Virus record (IMG/VR): IMGVR_UViG_3300026097_001223
Location: 1 to 64,000 of that record
Length of the DNA: 64,000 nucleotides
Source: a virus
Reading direction: 5' to 3' (one strand)
Within the stretch, counting starts at the first letter, position 1. Each line of letters opens with the position of its first letter. This document shows positions 35,780-44,928 of this stretch, in pieces. The notes below the pieces were generated by a model. It was not told the DNA's origin. It did not search any database and worked only from the letters and a program-made list of their open reading frames with translations. The position numbers and the translations under genes are program-made.

Positions 35780-36922
35780 ATGGCATTTGGCCAGGACTTT
35801 TTAAAGGGTTTCTTTGGAAGCGATTATCTAAAAGATTACTCTCATGCAAGCAAAACTTACCGCAGTGCTGGATATGAACTGGCACCGCGGTTTAAGTTTT
35901 TATATCATGTGTATTTTAATCTCAACACTGCACAAATACCCACACTAAGAACTGTGTTTGACACAACCAAGCAGGATCAACTGGGACTGTTGTGCAAACA
36001 AGTAGATCTACCTAAATACGATGTCGACACAGACACACTGATTCAATACAATCGCAAACGCAACATACAGACTCGTATCAACTATGAGCCTGTGCGTATT
36101 ATGATGCATGATGACAGTGCAGATCTCAGCCGTAAACTGTGGTACAATTATTACAGCTATTACTACAAGGATCCTAGTCAAAAGTACAACGGAACTCCAA
36201 ACTCGCAAGGCACTGCAGGCCCAGTGACTACGCCAACCGGCTTTGACTACAACGAAAGAAACATATACAAAAACAATCTAGCGGTAAATGATTGGGGTTA
36301 CATAGGCGAAGCCTATAGCGACAGCACTCAAAGCACTAGTGGCAAGCCAGCATTTTTCAAAGACATAACCATTTATGGGTTTAGTCACAAACAGTTTTAC
36401 AGTTATACCTTGATAAATCCTATTATCACTGCGTTCGAGCACGACACATATGACTACAGCGAAGACGCTGGACTGATGAGCAACACCATGACAATACAGT
36501 ACGAAACTGTAAAGTATGGCAGTGGAACTATTGGCAGTGGACAAGTTCCAGGCTTTGGTAATCCATCGCACTATGACACAGAACCCAGTCCAATTGCCAC
36601 TGGCGGTAGTACAACCAGTGTACTAGGTCAAGGTGGATTGGTAGATGCTGGAGTTGGTGTGTTCAATGATTTATCCAGCGGCAATTTTCTTGGCGCAATT
36701 CAAAAGGCTGGTGCTATTGCTACCAATCCAAGGCTTAACAGTGTAAACGATATTACAGGAGTCCTGAAAACTGAAATAAAAGATAACGCTGTGAATTATC
36801 TGCGCAGTGATGCTGCCAGTCAGCAAATCAGCAATGGAATAAAAACACTCACACCACCTACAACTAATGCTAAGAAAGTTGATGTTGATAGTCTTTTAAA
36901 CTTTATCCCGGGTAACGAATAA
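35780..36922 (+). CDS. Tube-initiator / baseplate-tube junction protein (gp54/gp48-like)
   Basis: Tube-like fold motifs: 'DLPKY...QYNRKR...YEPV...HDD' and 'Y.LINP.IT.F.HD..DY'. Confidence 0.65.
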   Translation: MAFGQDFLKGFFGSDYLKDYSHASKTYRSAGYELAPRFKFLYHVYFNLNTAQIPTLRTVFDTTKQDQLGLLCKQVDLPKYDVDTDTLIQYNRKRNIQTRINYEPVRIMMHDDSADLSRKLWYNYYSYYYKDPSQKYNGTPNSQGTAGPVTTPTGFDYNERNIYKNNLAVNDWGYIGEAYSDSTQSTSGKPAFFKDITIYGFSHKQFYSYTLINPIITAFEHDTYDYSEDAGLMSNTMTIQYETVKYGSGTIGSGQVPGFGNPSHYDTEPSPIATGGSTTSVLGQGGLVDAGVGVFNDLSSGNFLGAIQKAGAIATNPRLNSVNDITGVLKTEIKDNAVNYLRSDAASQQISNGIKTLTPPTTNAKKVDVDSLLNFIPGNE

Positions 36923-37284
36923 TGGTACAAAGTGTAAACTACGTTAAAACAAATCAAGATAAAACTGTGAGCATATTCAACAGTTTTTACAATTTAGAAA
37001 TGACCATCAATGGCAACGAATGGGATGTAGTTTACAGCTACCTGCGTAGTATAACCACCAGTGAACAGAGTGCAGAAAATCTTGCACTGGCAGTGTTTAA
37101 AATTGCCGCCGACAATGATTTTCTAGTAATGGATGTTCTAGATCAGATCAAAGGGCAAGATAAACTACAACTCACGGCCAGTCTCAGTTACTATCTAAAC
37201 AGCATAAGAAATGCCACTACATATCTTGCCATTGGGCAACCCGTAATTCCTATTCAAGCCGCGGCACGTAATGTACACACATGA
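36922..37284 (+). CDS. Hypothetical tail-module protein
   Basis: 120 aa ORF, translationally coupled on both sides. Confidence 0.6.
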   Translation: MVQSVNYVKTNQDKTVSIFNSFYNLEMTINGNEWDVVYSYLRSITTSEQSAENLALAVFKIAADNDFLVMDVLDQIKGQDKLQLTASLSYYLNSIRNATTYLAIGQPVIPIQAAARNVHT

Positions 37285-37706
37285 GAAAAAAGTATGCCCA
37301 AGGCAAGTATACTCCTTTAAATAAGGACAAGTATGTAGGCAAGAAATTACCAACCTATCGCAGTGGTTGGGAACTTGCTTTTATGCGTTTTTGCGATAGC
37401 AATAACAATGTCATGCAGTGGGCCAGCGAAAGTATAACAATACCTTATCGCAATCCAATAACAGGCAAGCAGAGCATTTATGTTCCTGACTTTTTTATTA
37501 CCTATCGTGATAAAAACAACACCATGAAAGCAGAGTTGATTGAAATCAAACCTCGCAAACAAAGTGTTATTGAAGGACGCATGAGTGAACAACAAAAAGC
37601 TGTTGTTGCTGTAAATTATGCCAAGTGGGACGCTGCACAAAAGTGGTGCAAAGGACAGGGCATACGATTTAGAGTGGTGACAGAGGATGATATTTTTAGA
37701 CAATGA
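37281..37706 (+). CDS. 4: Head completion nuclease (gp4/gp50, TnsA-like)
   Basis: 'GKYTP.N..KY.G...YRS.WE..FM..CD.N..V..W.SE..IPY...YVPDF...IEIKP.KQ...N.AKW.AA..WC'. Confidence 0.92.
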   Translation: MRKKYAQGKYTPLNKDKYVGKKLPTYRSGWELAFMRFCDSNNNVMQWASESITIPYRNPITGKQSIYVPDFFITYRDKNNTMKAELIEIKPRKQSVIEGRMSEQQKAVVAVNYAKWDAAQKWCKGQGIRFRVVTEDDIFRQ

Positions 37707-38212
37707 CCAAGAAATTAGAACAGCTTTTTAACATAGATGATGTAGAAAATCAACCCAGCACAGAAACTGATGACGACGAGTTGTCAGAAAGCGTGCCTGT
37801 TGATGTGTCATCACTGCAACAGGATCTCAGCGCACTGGATAAAATCAACAATGCATTGCCAGCAGTAAAAGGCCTAGAAGCCAGTGACGTTGAAATGGAC
37901 GATCTAGCTGGTAAAGCAATCGAAAGCTATGAGAATCTCATGGACCTTGGCATGCAGGTAGAAAGTAGATTCAGCAGTGAAATATTCAGCGTCGCCGGAC
38001 AAATGCTCAATCATGCTATTACAGCAAGAACAGCAAAAGCAAATAAAAAACTCAAAATGATTGAATTGCAACTTAAACAGGCCAGACTGGCTCAACAGGA
38101 AGCAAAACAAAACACAGATGATATACCCACTGGCGAAGCACAGGTTTTAGACAGAAACGAGTTGCTGAAAGCCATCTTGGACAAGAATAAAAAAGATGAT
38201 TCGTCCAGCTAA
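37703..38212 (+). CDS. 16: Probable terminase small subunit (gp16-like)
   Basis: Helical core 'YENLMDLG...SEIFSVAGQML...T...K.KL..LQ' resembles gp16 'RAYEVAGQLIK'. Confidence 0.55.
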   Translation: MTKKLEQLFNIDDVENQPSTETDDDELSESVPVDVSSLQQDLSALDKINNALPAVKGLEASDVEMDDLAGKAIESYENLMDLGMQVESRFSSEIFSVAGQMLNHAITARTAKANKKLKMIELQLKQARLAQQEAKQNTDDIPTGEAQVLDRNELLKAILDKNKKDDSSS

Positions 38213-38233
38213 ATACAGCAAGGAAAGTATGAT

Positions 38234-38809
38234 ATGAAAACATTTAAACAGTATCTCGCAGAGAGTGCCAACCCTTACCGCTATCGTATTAAAATAGCTG
38301 GCGACCTTCAACCAGAAGTGTTAGACAGCTTGAAAAAACGCCTGGACAAGTATGATCCAGAAAGTGTTAGCGAACCCAAAAAGACACCTGTACAGAAAAG
38401 CCCAGCAGGGTTTCCAGAACTGGCAAATCAAGAAATACACATCATTGATGCTGTGTTAAACTATCCTGCCAGTCAAGAAGAGCTCACTGAACTTTTTCAT
38501 CAAGCAGGCGGTGATCCAGATCATTTTCGTGTATTCACAGCAGAGTATGATGACACAGTGAATCAACAAGCAGAGGCAGCCGAAGAAGGTCCACTGTTAG
38601 AAAAAGATTTCCCTGATGCTAGCAAAGAAAGCAATGAAGCCAGCGAAGCATACAGCAACGCAGATGTTATCGAAAACAGTGCAGAAGGTGTTGACTACGA
38701 AATTGCAGGCGGGTCAACTGCGGCAGCTAAAACAACCAATGATTATCCTACACAGGACAAGAGCCCGATAGGCGGGACAAACAAAATTCCAGACCCATAC
38801 AAAATTTAA
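38234..38809 (+). CDS. Putative internal head protein
   Basis: N-terminus MKTFKQYLAE closely matches the T4 capsid-targeting sequence MKTYQEFIAE. Late box TAAATA at ~38211. Confidence 0.6.
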   Translation: MKTFKQYLAESANPYRYRIKIAGDLQPEVLDSLKKRLDKYDPESVSEPKKTPVQKSPAGFPELANQEIHIIDAVLNYPASQEELTELFHQAGGDPDHFRVFTAEYDDTVNQQAEAAEEGPLLEKDFPDASKESNEASEAYSNADVIENSAEGVDYEIAGGSTAAAKTTNDYPTQDKSPIGGTNKIPDPYKI

Positions 38810-38821
38810 GGACACCCAGCA

Positions 38822-40237
38822 ATGGAAAACATTTACACAATACTAGAAAGTTTTAACCGCGTCGAGGAAGCAGAAAAGCTTTCTGAAATGATGGGCAACT
38901 ATACAATTATGAAAGACGGTAAAGTGGTAGCAAGAGGCGTTCGTGCCACGAGCGAGCAAGACGCAATCAAACAGGCGTACATGAAAATGGGTAGTGCTAG
39001 CAAGTATACTGGTGCCGGAATGGACAGTTTCAAAGCTGTGCGAGAAGAGCAAGAATTTAGCGAAGATGATATAGATGAAAATGCTTTCAACCAAGCGGCA
39101 GCCGCAGCAGCCAGAGCAGGCAAGACAGAATTTGAATTTGGTGGTAAAACACACCCTGTGAAAATGGATAAATCCACTGCTCACCAGCTAGACGACGACG
39201 TAAACGAAGAATCAAAGCCAGATTATATTGACATTGACAAAGACGGCGACAAAGAAGAATCAATGAAAAAAGCTGCTAAAGATGCTGAAAAAATGAAAGA
39301 AGACTACGACAAAGACGAGTATGACGAAGAAGGCGAAATGGCTGACAATCAGCTTGACGTAGTGCATGATGCCGCTAAAGAATTGCAAGACATTATCGAC
39401 AGCGATGACAATCTTCCTGAGTGGGTACAAAAGAAAATTACACTTGCCATGGACTATCTAGACACAGCCCGCGACTACATGGGCAGTGTAGAAGACGAAG
39501 TGGAAGAGCCAGAGGAGCTGGAAGAAAAAGCTGTTTCTAGAGATCAGCAAGAAGCTGCAGGCGCTGCCCTTAGTGCAAAGCGCGGCGACACTTCGCCTAG
39601 CAAACTGGTAGGCGCTAGCAAAGAAATGTATGATAGCATGACTGAAAAAGAGCTAGAAGATTTTGCTGGCACCAAGCACAAAGGCTTGCCAGAAAAGAAA
39701 AAGAAAAAGAAAACACAAGAAACCACAGTAGCCGGTGCGGTCGCAACTGCAACTGATGCAACAGGTAGCAGTGTTTATGGCAATCCAAGTGTGTACGAGA
39801 ACGAGTTCAAGAAAAAGTTCGATGCACTCACTGAAAGCATGAACGTAAGTGTTAATGCCAGTAACGACGGGAATCAAAGCATGAGTGTTTCAGCTGATGG
39901 CGAAGATGCTGTCAAACTTGGACATCTGCTGAAAATGGCTGGACTTTTTCAAAGTAGTGGATATAAAGAACCATGCCCAAGTTGCGGAGAAATGCACGAA
40001 GGTGAATGCACCATGGAAGAATACGCCAATGAGCCTGATGAGCAAACACAAGACACAGACTTCATGACAAATACCATCTCTGGTGGACTGAATGGACCAA
40101 AAACACAGGTAAATCCAAACAACCCAGGTGATAATCCACTGGCTATGAAAAGTCTTAATAAGACTGCAATCAATCTCGAAGACAGTATCAAAGAAGGCCT
40201 TGATAATCTTTACAAGCAGTACAAGGGCGAGCAATGA
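38822..40237 (+). CDS. Modular acidic protein (putative internal polyprotein) containing a DUF3008-like module
   Basis: 'KAVSRDQQEAAGAALSAKRG.....LVGASKEMYDSMTEKELEDFAGTKHKGLPE' is DUF3008-like. Modules are separated by hydrophobic-x-E sites. Confidence 0.6.
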   Translation: MENIYTILESFNRVEEAEKLSEMMGNYTIMKDGKVVARGVRATSEQDAIKQAYMKMGSASKYTGAGMDSFKAVREEQEFSEDDIDENAFNQAAAAAARAGKTEFEFGGKTHPVKMDKSTAHQLDDDVNEESKPDYIDIDKDGDKEESMKKAAKDAEKMKEDYDKDEYDEEGEMADNQLDVVHDAAKELQDIIDSDDNLPEWVQKKITLAMDYLDTARDYMGSVEDEVEEPEELEEKAVSRDQQEAAGAALSAKRGDTSPSKLVGASKEMYDSMTEKELEDFAGTKHKGLPEKKKKKKTQETTVAGAVATATDATGSSVYGNPSVYENEFKKKFDALTESMNVSVNASNDGNQSMSVSADGEDAVKLGHLLKMAGLFQSSGYKEPCPSCGEMHEGECTMEEYANEPDEQTQDTDFMTNTISGGLNGPKTQVNPNNPGDNPLAMKSLNKTAINLEDSIKEGLDNLYKQYKGEQ

Positions 40238-40971
40238 AGTCGTTAGAAGATTATGTAAAAGAATCAGCAAGGCAACGAGTATTTCCAGTAACTGGTGATG
40301 TTGTTGAATGCAACATCAATGAAGAACTTGCGATTGATCTTGGTGTAGTAGAGCACACCGATGACGGCGTTGTTGTTGAAATGGATGCACTAGCACAGTA
40401 TATTCTAGAGCATTGTGGGTGTAGTTTTGAAGAAGAAGTTAACGAAGCATTCACCACAGCCGTTGCACTAGAACCTGGCTTAGGCGACGAATACAAAACA
40501 GCGGTTAATATAATTAACAAATATCGATCCCAAGGCGTAACCGCAGAGCCAGAAAAAATGGACAATCACTATGAAATTGTTGTAGATGGTCCTCCCAAAG
40601 CAATGCGTGAACTGGAACGTGAGATTAAAAGTGCTGGAGTGACAATGCGAGCAACTGAGTCCATGGACCACAGTGATTTAGACGAAGCAGAATACCAAGG
40701 TCGCGATGTAGAACTTAACAAACCCATGAGAGGCGATGTTAAAAAGTTCAAGGTTTTTGTGCGAGATCCAAAAACAGGGAATGTAAAAAAAGTCAACTTT
40801 GGTTCAAAAGAAATGGAAATCAAGCGTGACGACCCTGCTCGTAGACGCAGTTTTAGAGCTAGACACAAATGTGCAGACAAAACTCTCAAAAAAGATGGCA
40901 CCACAGCCAGCTATTGGAGTTGCAGAATGTGGACAAGCAAGCCAGTAAGCAAAATACTCAAAGGAAAATAA
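40234..40971 (+). CDS. Putative internal protein with C-terminal DUF6321-like basic domain
   Basis: MKSLEDYVKE N-terminus. 'LDE|AEYQGR.V.LNKP.RG..KKF.V.V..P.TGNVKKV.FG...RRRSFRARH.C'. Confidence 0.6.
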   Translation: MKSLEDYVKESARQRVFPVTGDVVECNINEELAIDLGVVEHTDDGVVVEMDALAQYILEHCGCSFEEEVNEAFTTAVALEPGLGDEYKTAVNIINKYRSQGVTAEPEKMDNHYEIVVDGPPKAMRELEREIKSAGVTMRATESMDHSDLDEAEYQGRDVELNKPMRGDVKKFKVFVRDPKTGNVKKVNFGSKEMEIKRDDPARRRSFRARHKCADKTLKKDGTTASYWSCRMWTSKPVSKILKGK

Positions 40972-40974
40972 CCA

Positions 40975-41277
40975 ATGGCAACAGTGTATTCAGGTGCTAT
41001 AGCAAACACAACGATATCCACAGATAAAGTTAGAATTTCAACTGGGTCAAATAGTGTTACAGCACAGGTTCGGTTAGCTGCAGATCCTACCAGCAATGCC
41101 AGTGTGTTTTTGTACAATGATGGCAATGTAGCCAACAGTGTGCCAGTGGTTTGTCCAGCAGACGACACTACAGAACTTTGGGTAGGTGTAGGCAACCAAC
41201 TTACTATTGTAGGTGGCAATGCTACTACATTAGAAATTGGCACAGCGACTAGCGGTAATGCAGGTGTACACAATTAA
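40975..41277 (+). CDS. Small beta-rich hypothetical protein, possibly structural
   Basis: 100 aa, T/S/N/G-rich, with SD. Confidence 0.55.
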   Translation: MATVYSGAIANTTISTDKVRISTGSNSVTAQVRLAADPTSNASVFLYNDGNVANSVPVVCPADDTTELWVGVGNQLTIVGGNATTLEIGTATSGNAGVHN

Positions 41278-41651
41278 TGCGAGCACGTGAGTTTATAAGT
41301 GAGGTCAAAGGGTTTAGAAGTAAACTAACCAAAGGCAAAAAACACTACACTCACAGTCAAGCCAGCCCAGGAGGCATTCAAGGCAAAGGCTACTACGATC
41401 TCTATCGAACAAGCATGGCAATAGCTGGGATGGACAAGGACGGTAACAATGAAAACACACCAGATCCAGAAAGCTGGATGGGCAATGATGCATACATTGT
41501 AGCTTACACCGATGAAGAACGTGCCATGACAGAAAAAGCCTATAATGCTCTAGGTAGCAAGCACAGAAAAAACGAGGAAGGACGCAGTTCAGAACCAGAC
41601 GCTGTAAACACACAAAGCCCAGTTAAAGGATTTAAAGGCTACCCGAGATAA
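41277..41651 (+). CDS. Putative internal head protein
   Basis: MRAREFISE N-terminus. TAATG coupling. Confidence 0.55.
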   Translation: MRAREFISEVKGFRSKLTKGKKHYTHSQASPGGIQGKGYYDLYRTSMAIAGMDKDGNNENTPDPESWMGNDAYIVAYTDEERAMTEKAYNALGSKHRKNEEGRSSEPDAVNTQSPVKGFKGYPR

Positions 41652-42940
41652 TGGCAAATTACAATCCAAACAGTACCAACTACGAGCACAGTTTTGAACC
41701 AAACACTACCCAGCTCACAATGGCTATGGATTATAACAGTTTTGGTCAACCAATCGTCCGAACAGTATCATCTGGAAGTACAAGTCTCGACGCATTTGGC
41801 AGACAACAAGTAGCACAACCATTTACACTTTTTGATAGCAGTATGGTTGGCGAAGATAACGGCAAGTTTGACACTTCTACAGCTGGCGGAGCAAGTACAA
41901 CATATAATGTAAACGAAAGCAGTTTAAGTATGACTGTAGCCGGTACTGAAAATGATCAAGCAATAAGACAAAGCTACAGAACATTTCCTTATCAGCCTGG
42001 CAAAGCATTAGAAATTTTAAACACATTTTCAATGGCAACAGCCGCTACAGGTTTGCGTCAACGAGTAGGATACTTTACCACAAACAACGGTGTCTATTTT
42101 GAACAAGATGGCGATACAATCTATATGGTTTTACGCAGTTTTGTAACAGGTAGCATAGTCGAAACCCGTGTAGCTCAAGACTCGTGGAACGGTGACAAAC
42201 TAGACGGCACAGGAAGCAGTGGTATCGCGCTGGATATAACCAAAAGTAATATTTTCTATATTGATATGGAATGGCTTGGTGTTGGTAGTGTGCGTACCGG
42301 CTTCATTATTAATGGTACTATATTCATTGCTCACACATTTCACAACGCAAATATAACCAGTGACACTACCTACATGACCAGTGCTGAGCAGAGCATTCGT
42401 TATGAGATCACCAACACAGCTACTACAGGTACAAGTGCTACCATGAAACAAATTTGTAGCACAGTGATCAGCAGTGGTGGTTATCAAGGACGAAGCCAAA
42501 ATAAATTTGCTGGAAGAGGATTGTCATATTATACCTTAACCCCAGCATTTACATTTTATAATCTTGTTAGCATTAAATTACGCACAGCAGGCATCAACAA
42601 AATAGTTGTTCCAAATGGGTTAAACATTATCTCTGATAGTAATCAAAATGTACACTATAAACTTTTATTGAATGCTACAGCAAACACGGCACTTAGTTTC
42701 AGCAATGCTAGCACATTTGTAGAAAGCAGTACAACCAGTGCAAGCATAACCGGCGGAACACAACTAGGCGAAGGCTTTATCACAAACAAAGGCGAGCCAG
42801 TCAAACTAGAAGGCGAAGATCTATTCGCTTATCAATTGGGCAGAACCATCAGTGGTACCAGCGATATCTTAACCATTGCAGTAGCTGCCGATAGTAACAA
42901 TACCGATGTCGGCGGCGGAATTAGCTGGTACGAACTCTAA
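41651..42940 (+). CDS. Virion structural protein, beta-sandwich/lectin-like
   Basis: 'DAFGR..VAQPFTLFDS', 'RQSYRTFPYQPGK', 'WLGVGSVR.GF'. Confidence 0.6.
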   Translation: MANYNPNSTNYEHSFEPNTTQLTMAMDYNSFGQPIVRTVSSGSTSLDAFGRQQVAQPFTLFDSSMVGEDNGKFDTSTAGGASTTYNVNESSLSMTVAGTENDQAIRQSYRTFPYQPGKALEILNTFSMATAATGLRQRVGYFTTNNGVYFEQDGDTIYMVLRSFVTGSIVETRVAQDSWNGDKLDGTGSSGIALDITKSNIFYIDMEWLGVGSVRTGFIINGTIFIAHTFHNANITSDTTYMTSAEQSIRYEITNTATTGTSATMKQICSTVISSGGYQGRSQNKFAGRGLSYYTLTPAFTFYNLVSIKLRTAGINKIVVPNGLNIISDSNQNVHYKLLLNATANTALSFSNASTFVESSTTSASITGGTQLGEGFITNKGEPVKLEGEDLFAYQLGRTISGTSDILTIAVAADSNNTDVGGGISWYEL

Positions 42941-43003
42941 TAAATACTCCTATAATACTACAATAAAAACAATACATCAGTCATAAACAACGTAAGTAGT
43001 AGT

Positions 43004-44164
43004 ATGGAAAAAACCTACTGCGCAGCTCCATGGCGAGGACTGCATATCAATTTTCGTGGAGACGTAAAAACCTGTTGTGCAGGTGATCCCAACATGCTTG
43101 GCGATTTAAACAGCAAAAGCATCGACGAAATACTGCAAAGCGACACAATGAAAGAAATTCGTGCTACCTTACAACAGGGCAAAATGCATGAAGATTACTG
43201 CTATAACTGTATCAGTGCGGAGCGTTATGGACGCAGTGAAAGACATTGGCACAATGACGTCAATCCTGATTTTGATTCAGCCTCAGCGAGTTTAGAAGAA
43301 CACTCGCCTAGTATCATTGATGTACGCTGGAATATCACCTGTAACCTAGCCTGTAACTATTGTGGACCTTACTGTAGCAGCAAGTGGGCTGCTATAGCAA
43401 AAGGCAAAGAAGAATTACTAACCATTGAGCAAAAACACGACGGGGTTAAACCATATGTTCAACAGGTGTGTGAATATGTTGAAGAGAAAAAACACAGCGT
43501 GAGAGAAGTAGCACTGGTGGGCGGCGAACCCTTGTTGCTAAAAGAAAATCATTATCTACTTGATGTAATACCAGATGATTGTATCGTAACACTGATTACA
43601 AACACCAGTGTAGAGTTCGAAAAAAATGCCATTGTAAGCAAACTGATGCAGAGACAAAAAGTCAGCTGGAGCATGAGCTTTGACAACGTAGGCGATAGAT
43701 TTGAATATGTACGCTACGGAGCCAATTGGGATCTGCTTGATCATAATGTTAGATTAATAAACAGTTGGAAGGATCGCGGACACTGGAACGGCATTCACGC
43801 TGTATATAATCTGTACAACTGTACAAGACTGCGAGAACTACGCAACTATGCAGACAGCATAGGCACTAAAATACTGTGGCAAACACTGTATCAGCCAGAC
43901 TACCTTGATCCTACAAAACATGATTTAAAAACACGTGAACTGGCGATAGAGGAAATAGATGCATACAGTCGAGATTACGATTTATCTGATCATGAAAAAA
44001 GTTTCTTTTCACTAGCAAAGCAAAATCTCAGCACTATTGCATCGGATGCAGAACCACTGACCGAGCGATTTAAAAAGCACATACACGAAATGGAACATCT
44101 ATTTCACAAAGACCGTCAGACTAGTTTTGTTAATCTCTGGCCAGAGTTGAGCCATTTATGTTGA
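43004..44164 (+). CDS. Radical SAM protein with N-terminal SPASM/twitch-like Cys cluster
   Basis: 'CAAPW..LHI...GDVKTCC', 'CYNC', CxxxCxxC 'CNLACNYC', 'GGEPLL'. Confidence 0.92.
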   Translation: MEKTYCAAPWRGLHINFRGDVKTCCAGDPNMLGDLNSKSIDEILQSDTMKEIRATLQQGKMHEDYCYNCISAERYGRSERHWHNDVNPDFDSASASLEEHSPSIIDVRWNITCNLACNYCGPYCSSKWAAIAKGKEELLTIEQKHDGVKPYVQQVCEYVEEKKHSVREVALVGGEPLLLKENHYLLDVIPDDCIVTLITNTSVEFEKNAIVSKLMQRQKVSWSMSFDNVGDRFEYVRYGANWDLLDHNVRLINSWKDRGHWNGIHAVYNLYNCTRLRELRNYADSIGTKILWQTLYQPDYLDPTKHDLKTRELAIEEIDAYSRDYDLSDHEKSFFSLAKQNLSTIASDAEPLTERFKKHIHEMEHLFHKDRQTSFVNLWPELSHLC

Positions 44165-44928
44165 GCGATAATTTTAACAATGTACTAAGTATGACACAAG
44201 CAGGGTATAAAAACCAAACACTAACCTGGAAAGGCGAGGATGACAAAGATAATTTCAAACGGAATTGGAAAACTCAGCCCAAAAGAATGACATACCATAA
44301 TTGGACTGAATCTAGTGTAACCTACAAATTCAACAGCATAGGTTTTCGCAGCCCAGAAATACCACAGGATCAATCTTACTTTGCAGCATTTGGGTGCAGC
44401 TATACCGCAGGTGATAGCTTGCCATTTGATAAAATATATACCAGCGTAATAGGCAAACAACTAGACCTAGTTCCGGTTATGTTTGGCAACAGCGGAGGTA
44501 GTAATTGTTCTAGCACAAGACTTGCGTTCACATGGTTGCCCAAGCTTTGTCCAAAATTTGTGATCTATCAAAGCACATTTGATCAAAGATTTGAATGGAT
44601 AAAAATGAATGAAAAATACGGCAACGAATTTAAAGAAGCAATAACCTATGGTGTGGTAGCAGAAGGTGGCGGCACTCCTCCTCAGTTAAATAACAATGTG
44701 TTATATCAAGATTGGATTATGTGCGAAGAAAATAGAGAAATGGCCAAAATTAAAAATCTAGCTAGTGTTCGCTGGTTGTGCGCTGAACTTGATATACCTT
44801 TGTACGAAATCGACGTAACAGATTTTAAACACACTCATCCAGATGATTTTGCCAGAGATCTACTGCATCCTGGTCCAGGTGCCCATCAACTGGTTGCACA
44901 ACAACTACTAGAGAAAATCAATGAGTAA
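44158..44928 (+). CDS. SGNH/GDSL-like hydrolase or acyltransferase
   Basis: Block I 'FGCSYTAG', 'GNSGGSN', block V 'DLLHPG'. Confidence 0.65.
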   Translation: MLSDNFNNVLSMTQAGYKNQTLTWKGEDDKDNFKRNWKTQPKRMTYHNWTESSVTYKFNSIGFRSPEIPQDQSYFAAFGCSYTAGDSLPFDKIYTSVIGKQLDLVPVMFGNSGGSNCSSTRLAFTWLPKLCPKFVIYQSTFDQRFEWIKMNEKYGNEFKEAITYGVVAEGGGTPPQLNNNVLYQDWIMCEENREMAKIKNLASVRWLCAELDIPLYEIDVTDFKHTHPDDFARDLLHPGPGAHQLVAQQLLEKINE

